Source: Alphaproteobacteria bacterium
Lineage (GTDB): Bacteria; Pseudomonadota; Alphaproteobacteria; UBA7887
Direction of reading: 5' to 3'
Length of the DNA: 64,000 nt
Assembly (NCBI GenBank): GCA_965243325.1
Contig: CBDEUQ010000003.1
Location: forward strand, 1,059,219-1,123,218
The notes under the pieces are model-generated. The model ran no database searches, was not told the origin of the DNA, and was given only the letters and a program-made list of their open reading frames with translations. The position numbers were made by a program, and so were the translations under genes. Of the stretch, positions 45,089 to 55,749 are shown one piece after another (the first letter of the stretch is position 1; every line of letters starts with the position of its first letter).

Positions 45089-46630
45089 ATGAATCTTATC
45101 GCCGAGCCGATTTTGACGGTCGCCGGCGGCGACAAAGTTTCGCTTCCGGGTCTGTTCGCGGCGATGTCCCGAAACGAAGTGCGCGGATTCCCGGCGTTAC
45201 GCCCGCACCAGAGGCCCGCGTGGCACATGTTCTGTGCGCAACTCGGTGCGCTGGCGCTGAATGCCGCGAACCGCCTCGAGTTCCCGGATAGCGAAGCCGA
45301 ATGGGCGGCGTGTCTGCGAAACCTCACGCCCGATCATGCGGACGATGCGCCGTGGCGCCTTGTCGTGGAGGATCGTCGGAAACCGGCCTTCATGCAGTCA
45401 CCGGACCCCGGCGGTCTCAAGTGGTCTCCCGTCGAGACCCCGGACCGATTGGACATGCTCATCACCTCGCGAAACCACGAGCTCAAGCAACGGGTCGCGG
45501 TAGGGGCTGGAGCGGAACACTGGGTGTTGGCGCTGGTTTCGCTACAGACCTCGGAAGGTTATGGCGGCGTCGGCAATCACGGCATAGCACGTATGAATGG
45601 CGGTGCGTCCAGCCGTCCGTTACTCGGGCTTACGCCGGCCCGAAACGGTGAAATAGCGGTCGATCCGTCACGATGGTGGACTCGGGACGTTCGCCGGTTA
45701 ATCGAGGATCGTGCGCGTGGGCGTCGCAATACGATAGGGACCGGTGGCGGACCGGCGCTGCTATGGTGCCTCGATTGGGAAGAGGGCCGGCAACTCGACG
45801 TCCGGACTCTCGATCCGTGGTTCATTGAGGTTTGCCGGCGCGTGCGCTTGACCGTCGGGGGCGGTGCGTTGTCGGCAATCCGGGCGAACTCAAAGAGGCC
45901 TCGGACGGCTGCGCGCGCATTCCGTGGCGTTGTCGGCGATCCGTGGGCGCCGGTCCACAGGGCGGAAGGCAAGAGTTTTACGATCGGACCAGGCGACATG
46001 GACTACACGCAGCTTTGCAAGCTGTTGTTCTCCGGCGACTGGGAGAGGCCGTTTCTGGCGCAAGCCGGCGATGCCGAACCGGGCGATACGGTGCTGGTCG
46101 CCGAGGCTCTTTCGCGTGGCAACAGCAAGACGGAGGGTTTCAAGTCCCGCGTGGTGCCAGTTCCGGAGGCGGTCGTGCCGTTCTTCTCTTCAGAGACCGC
46201 AGCAACGTGCGCGAAGGCGCAGATGGACGAGATCAAGGGTTTCGACGCCGCGCTCCGCAACGCCCTGGCCTTGGTCGCCGCGGGCGGGCACCGGGACAAA
46301 ATCGAGAGGAAACACTACTCCGGCGCCGGGCCTGCGCGGAAGCGGTTCGATCACGCGGCGGACCGCATGTTCTTCCGCCATTTGTGGCGGCGCGTTGCAG
46401 TCGCTTCCAGCAGCGACGACAAGGTTTTCCACGTCAAACGAGCATTCCTTGACGAGTTGATGGAGGCGGCGAAGGCGGAATTGAACGCGGCGCTGCCGGC
46501 CGTGCCCTGTCCGGCGATGTTCCGGCCCAGGGCCGAGGCGCGCGCACGCCGAGCGTTCGTCGGCAAGCTTCGACGGACCGCGGTATGTCGGGAATTGTTT
46601 GTAGGGGAGCGAAGCGATGTCGCTGCGTGA
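45089..46630 (+). CDS. cse1: Cascade large subunit Cas8e/Cse1
   Basis: LRPHQRPAWHMF, LVSLQTSEGYGG, IARMNGG, WFIEVCRRVRL; operon position. Confidence 0.9.
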   Translation: MNLIAEPILTVAGGDKVSLPGLFAAMSRNEVRGFPALRPHQRPAWHMFCAQLGALALNAANRLEFPDSEAEWAACLRNLTPDHADDAPWRLVVEDRRKPAFMQSPDPGGLKWSPVETPDRLDMLITSRNHELKQRVAVGAGAEHWVLALVSLQTSEGYGGVGNHGIARMNGGASSRPLLGLTPARNGEIAVDPSRWWTRDVRRLIEDRARGRRNTIGTGGGPALLWCLDWEEGRQLDVRTLDPWFIEVCRRVRLTVGGGALSAIRANSKRPRTAARAFRGVVGDPWAPVHRAEGKSFTIGPGDMDYTQLCKLLFSGDWERPFLAQAGDAEPGDTVLVAEALSRGNSKTEGFKSRVVPVPEAVVPFFSSETAATCAKAQMDEIKGFDAALRNALALVAAGGHRDKIERKHYSGAGPARKRFDHAADRMFFRHLWRRVAVASSSDDKVFHVKRAFLDELMEAAKAELNAALPAVPCPAMFRPRAEARARRAFVGKLRRTAVCRELFVGERSDVAA

Positions 46631-47192
46631 CGAAACGCCAGCGAGGGCCGCACTTGCGGTTGCGGCGGAAATCGGGCGACTGGCGCCCGGTCCGCTGTCG
46701 GACTTGCGGCGAATGGAGCGCAGCACGGCGGCGCCCGCGTTCTGGAGGCTGGCGGCCCGACACCCGGCAACCGTGGGGCGGCCCGACAGGCATGAACATT
46801 GGATGGCCATCGTTCGCATCCTCGCGATTTTGACGCCGAAGGAAGACCCCGCGGACAGGGCCGAATTGCACGATGGCAAACGCCCCTTGGGCAAGGTCTT
46901 GTGCGACGGCGGCGATCCCGCTTGGCCTTCGAAGGAAGGCTTGGCACCGGTGCCAGTGTACAGCGAACGCCGCCTTGCACAGCTTATTGCGGCGCGCGGT
47001 ACGCAGCGCGCGGTCTTGTTGCAGCGGGCGGCCCGCGCGATCGCCCGGAGCAAGGCGAAGGACTCGGGGATCGACGTGGTGGATATCGCTTTCACGGTGC
47101 TGGCGCCCGACGACGGACGGCGGCTGGCCGAACCGTATTATCGGCGGTTGGACCGCGCCGTTCAACGATCCCAAGAAGGAACGACCGAATGA
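46617..47192 (+). CDS. cse2: Cascade small subunit Cas11/Cse2
   Basis: LSDLRRM, PAFWRL, SERRLAQL; operon position. Confidence 0.88.
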   Translation: MSLRDETPARAALAVAAEIGRLAPGPLSDLRRMERSTAAPAFWRLAARHPATVGRPDRHEHWMAIVRILAILTPKEDPADRAELHDGKRPLGKVLCDGGDPAWPSKEGLAPVPVYSERRLAQLIAARGTQRAVLLQRAARAIARSKAKDSGIDVVDIAFTVLAPDDGRRLAEPYYRRLDRAVQRSQEGTTE

Positions 47193-48313
47193 CGACGCAT
47201 CGTTTTCTGCAAATCCACACGCTTACGCCCTACACCGCCGCGCTTCTCAACCGGGACGACAGCGGCTTGGCGAAACGGCTGCCCTACGGCGGCGCGTTAC
47301 GCACGCGCGTGTCGTCGCAGTGCCTCAAACGGCATTGGCGGTTTGCCGACGATCCGCACGCATTGAGTGAGATCGACGGCGCGAAAGCCGCATATCGGTC
47401 GCGCGAGCTGGTGACGAGAAAGGTAATCGAGCCGCTCCGCAGCCGCTTCCCCGAGGATGTCGTCGATGCCTTGGAACCCGAGGTCCAGATGGCGGTCTAC
47501 GGCGACAAGGGCACGGAGAAGAAAACGAGGCAAACGCTGATTTTCGGGGAGCCCGAGCTCGAGTGGCTGAGGACTCAGGCGGAAGACTTGGCAACGACGG
47601 CGGCGGGGGACGCGAAGGCCGCTTCCGAGGGCGCGAAGGCTTGGAGAAAGGATTTTCGGCCGAACATCAGAGCATTGCGTGAAAGCGCGGCCTTGCCTGC
47701 CGGTTTGGTATCCGCCCTGTTCGGCCGCATGGTGACGTCGGATACGGATGCGAACATCGCCGCGCCCGTGCACGTCGCGCACGCATTCACGGTTCACGAG
47801 GAGGAATCGGAGAGCGATTACTTCACGGCCGTCGACGACCTCGCCGACGACGAGCCCGGGGCCGATACCATTCAGGAGACGGAACTCACGTCGGGCCTGT
47901 TCTACGGATATGTCGTGGTCGATCTGCCCGGCCTCGTCGAAAATCTGAGCGGCAACGCCGCGTTGGCCGGGCAGGTGCTGCACAACGTCGTCTATTTGAT
48001 CGCGGAGGTATCGCCGGGAGCGAAACTAGGGTCTACCGCGCCGTACGGTCGAGCGAGCTTCATGTTGCTCGAGGCCGGCGACCGTCAGCCCCGCAGCTTG
48101 GCCGAAGCGTACCGCGATCCCAGCGAGCCTCGCGTCGATGCGGCGGTGGGCGCGCTCTCGGTGCATCTCGTCAAGCTGGACGATGCCTATGCCACCGGCG
48201 AGGAGCGATATGTGATGTCCCTGGTGAATGCGGACGTCCCGGGAGCCACGCGCGGGTCGCTGGCGGACCTCGCGACCTGGGTGAAGATGTTGCCGAAGGC
48301 TGCGGAATCGTGA
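47189..48313 (+). CDS. cas7: Cas7 (Cse4)
   Basis: FLQIHTL..LNRDDSGLAK..RVSSQCLKRHWR, ALFGRM, VAHAFT, DYFTAVDDL. Confidence 0.96.
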   Translation: MTTHRFLQIHTLTPYTAALLNRDDSGLAKRLPYGGALRTRVSSQCLKRHWRFADDPHALSEIDGAKAAYRSRELVTRKVIEPLRSRFPEDVVDALEPEVQMAVYGDKGTEKKTRQTLIFGEPELEWLRTQAEDLATTAAGDAKAASEGAKAWRKDFRPNIRALRESAALPAGLVSALFGRMVTSDTDANIAAPVHVAHAFTVHEEESESDYFTAVDDLADDEPGADTIQETELTSGLFYGYVVVDLPGLVENLSGNAALAGQVLHNVVYLIAEVSPGAKLGSTAPYGRASFMLLEAGDRQPRSLAEAYRDPSEPRVDAAVGALSVHLVKLDDAYATGEERYVMSLVNADVPGATRGSLADLATWVKMLPKAAES

Positions 48314-49035
48314 GCCGCCGCTGGCTCGTTCTGCGGTTCGACGCGCCGTTGATGGCTTTCGGCGACGTCGCGGTGGATCAGGTCGGTCCGGTGCGCGATT
48401 TTCCCGCGGCCTCGATGTTGACGGGGTTGATCGGCAATGCGCTCGGCTGGCGCTGGTCTCACCGCGCCGAGCATCAGGCGGTACAGGATCGGCTCGTTTT
48501 CGCCGCGCGCCGCGATCGGGAGGGCGCGCTTCTCACGGACGTGCAGAACGCGCAGCTTGCGAAAAGCGACAAGGGATGGACGACTCGCGGCGCCCCCGAA
48601 GGGCGGGACGGGGCCAGCTACGACGCGCCGCACCGGCGTTCGCGGGACTATCACGCCGATGTCTCGGTAAGCGTCGTATTGCGGCTTGAGCCGGCGGAGG
48701 ACACGCCGACGCTCGATGACGTAGCGGAGGCCTTTAAACGGCCGGCGCGGCCGCTGTTCCTCGGTCGAAAGCCGTGTCTTCCTGCGGCACCGGTCGTCCC
48801 GAACGAACCCGAGCGTTGGGTGACGGGCGAGAACGCTCACGACGCCCTGTGTACGATCCCTCGGCGCGGCGAGGGTTCGGTCCGGGCGATGTGGCCGTCG
48901 AGAAGCGGGCCCGCAAGCGGCGGCGGCGTGGAGCGGGTTGTCGATCTGGCCGATTTGCGGAACTGGCACACCGGCTTGCACGGCGGTTCGCGCCGCGTGG
49001 TCGAGGGCCGGGTCGCCCCGGCGGTCCCGGGATGA
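48310..49035 (+). CDS. cas5: Cas5e
   Basis: LRFDAPLMAFG, SMLTGLIGNALG, RDYHAD, LFLGRKPC. Confidence 0.95.
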   Translation: MSRRWLVLRFDAPLMAFGDVAVDQVGPVRDFPAASMLTGLIGNALGWRWSHRAEHQAVQDRLVFAARRDREGALLTDVQNAQLAKSDKGWTTRGAPEGRDGASYDAPHRRSRDYHADVSVSVVLRLEPAEDTPTLDDVAEAFKRPARPLFLGRKPCLPAAPVVPNEPERWVTGENAHDALCTIPRRGEGSVRAMWPSRSGPASGGGVERVVDLADLRNWHTGLHGGSRRVVEGRVAPAVPG

Positions 49036-49811
49036 CGGCGCTCCATCTGGTCCGGGTCCCGGTCGCCACCGACAAGCTGGCGCGGTGGGCGCGCGAGCGC
49101 TTTTGGACCGGCGGCGGCCGGGGGCGCGTTGAGTTCGACGAGGGACGCGCGCTGCATCACCTCGTCGCCGAGGCCTTGGGGCCCGGCGCGCTTCGTCCGT
49201 TCCGGCTGCTTGTCCCGCCGCGGCGCACCCGCGGCAATTTGTACGCTTATTCGGCTCTGGAAGCCGACACACTGCGCACCGCCGCCCAAACGTACGCGCT
49301 ACCGGATCATCTCGGCGTGTTGTCCGTGGAGCGGCTCGAGAGCAAGCGCATGCCCGGCGTCTGGCGCGTTGGGCAGCGGCTCGGATTCGACGTGCGCGCG
49401 CGCCCCGTTCGGCGTCTGTTACGTGCGCTGAGGACGTCGTCCGGCATCGAGATCGGCGCCGGGGCCGAGGTCGACGCGTTCCTGCGGGAAGCGCTGAACG
49501 TGCAGGCGGGCGGAATGGCGGCTGGACATCGCACCCGCCAGGACGTTTACGTCGACTGGTTGGCCGAAAGGCTCGCCCCCGCCGCCGCGCTGGACCGCTC
49601 GACGAGTCGGCTCGCCCGGTTTCACCGCGTCCGCGTCGACCGCGGCCAGCGCGGTGTCGAAGGTCCGGACGCGACCATCCAGGGAGTGCTGACGGTGAGC
49701 GACCCCGCGGCGTTCGCGGAAACGCTCTCGCGCGGCGTCGGGCGACACCGGGCCTATGGGTACGGCATGCTGCTCTTGCGGCCGCCGAATCGCCCGGCGC
49801 CGGCCGGCTGA
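49032..49811 (+). CDS. cas6e: Cas6e (Cse3)
   Basis: LGFDVRARPV; G-rich loop GVGRHRAYGYGMLLL. Confidence 0.93.
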   Translation: MTALHLVRVPVATDKLARWARERFWTGGGRGRVEFDEGRALHHLVAEALGPGALRPFRLLVPPRRTRGNLYAYSALEADTLRTAAQTYALPDHLGVLSVERLESKRMPGVWRVGQRLGFDVRARPVRRLLRALRTSSGIEIGAGAEVDAFLREALNVQAGGMAAGHRTRQDVYVDWLAERLAPAAALDRSTSRLARFHRVRVDRGQRGVEGPDATIQGVLTVSDPAAFAETLSRGVGRHRAYGYGMLLLRPPNRPAPAG

Positions 49812-50696
49812 ATGCTGAAGGGACGGCTCGGTCTCGACAGCGCGAGGGTCCCCTACAAGGACAGGGCCGGGCTGCTCTACCTTGCGCGCGGCGCATTGAC
49901 GGCGCGGGACGGAACGCTTGCCTTCGCCCAGCGCCGGGAGGCGTCGGCGGACGCGTTGGGGCCGGGCGACTACGCCATCCCGCTGCAAGGCGTTTCGATG
50001 ATCCTGCTCGGGCCGGGATCAACGGTCAGCCACGACGCGCTAAGGCTGCTCGCGCATGCGCGCACGGCGTTGGCGGCTGTGGGCGAAGACGGAGTCCGCC
50101 TCTATACGGCGCCGCCCCTTATCCCCGACCGATCGGGTCTGGCGCGGGCGCAGGCGCGGCTGTGGGCCGACGGCGAACGCCGAGTCGCGGTCGCGCGGCG
50201 CATGTACGCATGGAGGTTGGGCGAGGTTCTGCCGCATCGCTCCCTCGATGTGCTGCGCGGCATCGAGGGAGCGCGCATGAAGGAGGGCTACCGCCTGCTG
50301 GCACGGCAGATCGGGGTAGAGTGGCGCGGGCGGCGCTACGATCGCGCCCGCCCGCAGGCTGCGGACCTTCCCAACCAGGCGCTCAATCACGCTTCCAGTG
50401 CGACGGAGGCTGCGGCCGCTATTGCCGTTGCCGCCACCGCGACGATCCCGCAATTGGGCTTCGTTCACGAAGACCCCGGACAATCCTTCGTGCTCGATAT
50501 CGCCGACCTCTACCGCGACTCGGTAACCGTGCCGTGCGCTTTCCGTGCCGCCCGGCGTGTCACGGAACGCCCTGAGGAAAATATTGAGCGTGTCACGCGT
50601 CGTCTGGTCGGCCACACGCTCGCCGGCGAGCAGGTCATTCCGGCGATGATCGGTCGACTCAAGTCCCTGTTTGCCGAACCGCCGGACAAGGACTGA
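49812..50696 (+). CDS. cas1: Type I-E Cas1
   Basis: LLGPGSTVSHDA, RGIEGARMK, QLGFVH, SFVLDIADLY. Confidence 0.96.
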   Translation: MLKGRLGLDSARVPYKDRAGLLYLARGALTARDGTLAFAQRREASADALGPGDYAIPLQGVSMILLGPGSTVSHDALRLLAHARTALAAVGEDGVRLYTAPPLIPDRSGLARAQARLWADGERRVAVARRMYAWRLGEVLPHRSLDVLRGIEGARMKEGYRLLARQIGVEWRGRRYDRARPQAADLPNQALNHASSATEAAAAIAVAATATIPQLGFVHEDPGQSFVLDIADLYRDSVTVPCAFRAARRVTERPEENIERVTRRLVGHTLAGEQVIPAMIGRLKSLFAEPPDKD

Positions 50697-50703
50697 ACGA
50701 ACG

Positions 50704-51003
50704 ATGCCGATGGCCGTGGTCGTCACCCGCAACGTCGAGGCCCGCTATCGCGGATTCCTGACTTCCATCATGCTGGAAGTCGCGCCCGGCGTTTACGCTG
50801 CGCCCGATCTCTCGACGGGGGTGCGAAGACGGGTCTGGAACGTGCTTTCGGATTGGTGGGGGGTGCTCGGTACCGGATCGATTGTGATGCTCTGGCGCGA
50901 CACGGATGCCGTCGGAAATCTTCGTATCGAGACTCTCGGCGAGCCCCCGAAGGAGATCGTGGACGCCGACGGCATTTTGCTCGTAAAACGCAAGCCTGCG
51001 TAA
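50704..51003 (+). CDS. cas2: Type I-E Cas2
   Basis: RYRGFL..MLEVAPGVY, IVDADGILLV. Confidence 0.95.
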   Translation: MPMAVVVTRNVEARYRGFLTSIMLEVAPGVYAAPDLSTGVRRRVWNVLSDWWGVLGTGSIVMLWRDTDAVGNLRIETLGEPPKEIVDADGILLVKRKPA

Positions 51004-51060
51004 CCCGTTTCGCGCCCGGTTGTTTGACATCGTAGAGATATCAAGCTCTTAATGGCGAGA

Positions 51061-54000
51061 GGTTCCCCCGCACGCGCGGGGATAGACCCGGTTCGGCCAG
51101 GTCTGGCTCGAATTCGCGAGCGGTTCCCCCGCACGCGCGGGGATAGACCCTTCATGAGCTGACGCCGACCATGCGGGCGAAAGGTTCCCCCGCACGCGCG
51201 GGGATAGACCCTACGACCGCCACCGCGCCGCTCTCCAGATCGTGGTTCCCCCGCACGCGCGGGGATAGACCCCTTGCGATCAAGAAGATTGAAGTGTGCG
51301 TTGTGGTTCCCCCGCACGCGCGGGGATAGACCCGGCCCGAACGTGCCGCCGCCTTCCGCCTTGGTGGTTCCCCCGCACGCGCGGGGATAGACCCGGAGCA
51401 CAGTATTCCTTCGAGGGTGGGTCTTCGGTTCCCCCGCACGCGCGGGGATAGACCCCCTATGATCTTGGTACCATCGCGCGGCGCCGAGGTTCCCCCGCAC
51501 GCGCGGGGATAGACCCACTAGATGCGGCTTTCGGATAGCACAGCCCCAGGTTCCCCCGCACGCGCGGGGATAGACCCGGAAGACGCCGCCCAGCTGCACG
51601 CCGAAAAGTGGTTCCCCCGCACGCGCGGGGATAGACCCGACAGCCCGATCCGTCCTAGTGAGGGGGACTAGGTTCCCCCGCACGCGCGGGGATAGACCCC
51701 ACACTATGAGCCGGATCAGCGCATAGCGGTCGGTTCCCCCGCACGCGCGGGGATAGACCCGGGGCGGATATTGTGCTGCCGTTCGTGGCGAAGGTTCCCC
51801 CGCACGCGCGGGGATAGACCCTGAATGCGCGTGACATTTACGCGGACGGTTCGGGTTCCCCCGCACGCGCGGGGATAGACCCCTTGAGCACGCCAGTCGC
51901 CGCAACAGCCGGATGGTTCCCCCGCACGCGCGGGGATAGACCCTTGACGTCAGCAGATCGGACGGTTGCGACGACGGTTCCCCCGCACGCGCGGGGATAG
52001 ACCCCTTGTCGAAGATGCTCATGGACGCCCCCCCTAGGTTCCCCCGCACGCGCGGGGATAGACCCGCTTGCCGGCCTCTTCACCTTCACGGTCGAGAGGT
52101 TCCCCCGCACGCGCGGGGATAGACCCTTGTCGTGCGGGTGTATGGCAACGGCGAAAACGGTTCCCCCGCACGCGCGGGGATAAACCCGCGGACCAGTTCT
52201 CGATCCCCGACACCCGGGCGGTTCCCCCGCACGCGCGGGGATAGACCCGCCCGCCCGAGTCCCGGTCCGCACTTTTATCCGGTTCCCCCGCACGCGCGGG
52301 GATAGACCCTGCCAGGCGTGCCTCATCGCGCATCAGCCTCCGGTTCCCCCGCACGCGCGGGGATAGACCCCGGTCGCGGAACACCCGCATCGTCTCGCTC
52401 GAGGTTCCCCCGCACGCGCGGGGATAGACCATACCGATCAAATTGCCCAGCAGCACCGTACTTGGTTCCCCCGCACGCGCGGGGATAGACCTTGTTCACA
52501 CCCACGCCGATAATCCACGACGCAGGTTCCCCCGCACGCGCGGGGATAGACCCCGGTCGACGGCGTCCTGTGTCGGCCTGCGTGTGGTTCCCCCGCACGC
52601 GCGGGGATAGACCCGAGGCGGTCCTGCTCTCGCCCGGGCCCGATGGGGTTCCCCCGCACGCGCGGGGATAGACCCACCAGACATCAACGACGAACGCGGA
52701 CCCGGGAGGTTCCCCCGCACGCGCGGGGATAGACCCCGTTGGACCTCGGCGTCCGTAGCATCCTCGACGGTTCCCCCGCACGCGCGGGGATAGACCGAGT
52801 ACGGCTACGAGCTCGCCATCGCCCAGGCCGGTTCCCCCGCACGCGCGGGGATAGACCCCCTTCCGCCTCGCGCAGCGTGGCGGCAAGCTCGGTTCCCCCG
52901 CACGCGCGGGGATAGACCCCGACCCGGGGCGCCTGTTGGCCTTAATAAAGAGGTTCCCCCGCACGCGCGGGGATAGACCCCGACCCGGGGCGCCTGTTGG
53001 CCTTAATAAAGAGGTTCCCCCGCACGCGCGGGTATAGACCCGTCAACTGATCGTCAGGGAAACGTCCGAAAGTGGTTCCCCCGCACGCGCGGGTATAGAC
53101 CCCCAATAGCTCGTATAGCTGTACACCTATACCCGGTTCCCCCGCACGCGCGGGGATAGACCCCATGCAGTGGAGGGACATTGCATCCGCGCCGAGGTTC
53201 CCCCGCACGCGCGGGGATAGACCCGAGAAGGGCAACCGTGCCAAGTGTCCGCACTCGGTTCCCCCGCACGCGCGGGGATAGACCCGCCATCGCGATCGCC
53301 TCGCTTCAATCCGGCGAGGTTCCCCCGCACGCGCGGGGATAGACCCACAGAAGCCGTCGTCCTGGAGGGCTACGGCAAAGTTCCCCCGCACGCGCGGGGA
53401 TAGACCCCGCGACGGCGACGGCAACCGCGAGACCGACAAGGTTCCCCCGCACGCGCGGGGATAGACCCGCGGACGTGCGGTTCTGGTCCGCCCGGGTGAC
53501 GGTTCCCCCGCACGCGCGGGGATAGACCCCTGGCCGCCGATGCGCACCCCGCGCGCGTACCGGTTCCCCCGCACGCGCGGGGATAGACCCCGCCGTTCGC
53601 CGTCCACATCGCGTCCGAGAGCGGTTCCCCCGCACGCGCGGGGATAGACCCAGGGTGCGAGATGTCGATCCGTAAGACCATATGGTTCCCCCGCACGCGC
53701 GGGGATAGACCCCGGGCTGGGCGGCTGTCCGTTTCAAGGACGTGGGTTCCCCCGCACGCGCGGGGATAGACCCCGGTCGGCGCCGGCCGGCGCGCCCGTT
53801 ACGCTGGTTCCCCCGCACGCGCGGGGATAGACCCGCTTAGGAGGCTAAAATGCGCACGCGCTCATCTCGGTTCCCCCGCACGCGCGGGGATAGACCCGAT
53901 ATCGGCCGGCGCCGGCACCTGTGGTGCGCGGTTCCCCCGCACGCGCGGGGATAGACCCCCAGCTCGATCCGAATGCGTTCCGCTCCCTGGGGTTCCCCCG

Positions 54001-54507
54001 CACGCGCGGGGATAGACCCGCGTTGATGTTCTCCGACGCCGCTGTCGCGAGGGTTCCCCCGCACGCGCGGGGATAGACCCGTCCCCGAGCAAGCCGCCCG
54101 ACTGCAGACTAAGGTTCCCCCGCACGCGCGGGGATAGACCCTGATGGGGGACCGCATGAAGCGCTTCGTCTACGGTTCCCCCGCACGCGCGGGGATAGAC
54201 CCGGCCCGGGATCATTCTTCGTCGCCATCTGCAAGGTTCCCCCGCACGCGCGGGGATAGACCCCGCGCCGCGTGGCTCGATGACGACGCCCGGCCGGTTC
54301 CCCCGCACGCGCGGGGATAGACCCGCGGCAGGATCAACCTTGCCAGTACGAGTAAGGGTTCCCCCGCACGCGCGGGGATAGACCCCAGCCTGCGTAGCTT
54401 CCGCACCTGCAACAGCAGGTTCCCCCGCACGCGCGGGGATAGACCCTCGAGACTGTCACCGGCAATCACCGGCCAAATGGTTCCCCCGCACGCGCGGGGA
54501 TAGACCC
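51061..54507 (+). CRISPR. Type I-E CRISPR array: 57 repeats, 56 spacers
   Basis: Repeat GGTTCCCCCGCACGCGCGGGGATAGACCC (29 nt), 61-bp period, 32-nt spacers (one 34 nt); 57-bp leader after cas2. Confidence 0.99.
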
Positions 54508-54566
54508 CTCGAGTGTTCCGTTCTAGAAGTTCGTATGGTAAAAGATCGTGCGGCGAATGAGGGAAC

Positions 54567-55724
54567 ATGGCGATGCGGCCTTCAGTGGTGATCGAACTGA
54601 GTGAGGACGAGTGCAGCGAGCTGGAACGGTTGGCGCGAGGGCGCAAGGTTTGGCGGGCGCTTTCGGATCGTGCTCACATCGTGCTTCTGGCGGCCGAGGA
54701 GCTGACCAATATTCAGATCGGTAAGGCGCTGGGCGTGACCGATCAGACCGCCAGGAAGCGGCGCAACCGGTTTGCGGAGCAACGTCTGGATGGCCTTGAT
54801 GACGAGCCTCGCTGCGGTCGTCCACGACGCATTGAGGACGACAAGGTGGCCGAAGTGATCCGCAAGACGCTGGAGGAGACACCGCGCGATGCGACCCACT
54901 GGAGCACGCGCTCAATGGCGCGGGCGACGGGGTATGCGCCGTCGACCATCCACCGGATGTGGCAGGCCTTTTCGCTGCAACCCCACCGCTCGCAGGCCTT
55001 CAAGTTGTCGGCGGACCCGTATTTCGTGGACAAGGTGCGCGACATCGCTGGGCCTTATGTCGACCCGCCGCAGCATGCCCTGGTTCTCTGTGTGGACGAG
55101 AAGTCCCAGGTTCAGGCCCTCGATCGCACCCAGCCCCTGCTGCCGCTGCGACCCGGCCAAGTCGAACGGCGCACCCATGATTACAAGCGCTATGGCACGA
55201 CCTCGCTGTTCGCCGCCCTTGACGTCGCCACAGGCAGCGTTATCGGACAGTGCTACCGGCGCCACCGTAGCGCGGAGTTCCGCAAATTCCTGAATCATGT
55301 CGAGGCCAACGTTCCGCCCAATCTCGAGTTCCACATGGTCATGGACAACTATTCGACCCACAAGACCAAGACGGTCCGTGACTGGTTCGCCCGGCGTCCG
55401 CGCTGGCATGTCCATTTCACGCCAACATCCGCCTCATGGCTCAACCAGGTCGAACGCTTCTTCGCCGATCTGACGGACAAGCAGATCCTGCGCGGCGTTC
55501 ACCGCTCCACCGTCGAACTGGAACGAACCATCACCGAATACATCGAGACCGTCAACGAAGCCCCAAAACCGTTTCGGTGGCACAAGTCCGCCGACGACAT
55601 CCTCGCCGCCATCAAGCGCTTCTGCCTCAGGACCCTCGAAACCAATGCCGCAATCGCATCATTAATGTGCGAGCTTATGAAGCCGGACATTACACAGCAT
55701 CATTTCTACCAGCAGACAGCCTGA
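54567..55724 (+). CDS. IS630-family transposase
   Basis: [62 protein letters not shown]. Confidence 0.96.
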   Translation: MAMRPSVVIELSEDECSELERLARGRKVWRALSDRAHIVLLAAEELTNIQIGKALGVTDQTARKRRNRFAEQRLDGLDDEPRCGRPRRIEDDKVAEVIRKTLEETPRDATHWSTRSMARATGYAPSTIHRMWQAFSLQPHRSQAFKLSADPYFVDKVRDIAGPYVDPPQHALVLCVDEKSQVQALDRTQPLLPLRPGQVERRTHDYKRYGTTSLFAALDVATGSVIGQCYRRHRSAEFRKFLNHVEANVPPNLEFHMVMDNYSTHKTKTVRDWFARRPRWHVHFTPTSASWLNQVERFFADLTDKQILRGVHRSTVELERTITEYIETVNEAPKPFRWHKSADDILAAIKRFCLRTLETNAAIASLMCELMKPDITQHHFYQQTA

Positions 55725-55749
55725 ATTCGTGCTACGAGGATTCGAAACG

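Noticed and set aside
52342-52402. Spacer 22 as self-targeting against 32657-32672 (CGGTTGCGGAACACCC)
   Set aside because: Only 15 of the first 16 nt match in GC-rich DNA and the rest diverges; no full self-match to any array spacer seen by eye, though an exhaustive alignment was not possible
53835-53868. Spacer 46 contains a strong RBS plus ATG (AGGAGG..ATG) and is 34 nt
   Set aside because: Most simply a spacer captured from a gene start; no evidence of functional translation
50793-54646. Long ORFs across the CRISPR array
   Set aside because: Artefacts of the 61-bp repeat period (recurring GSIPARAGEP/VYPRACGG)
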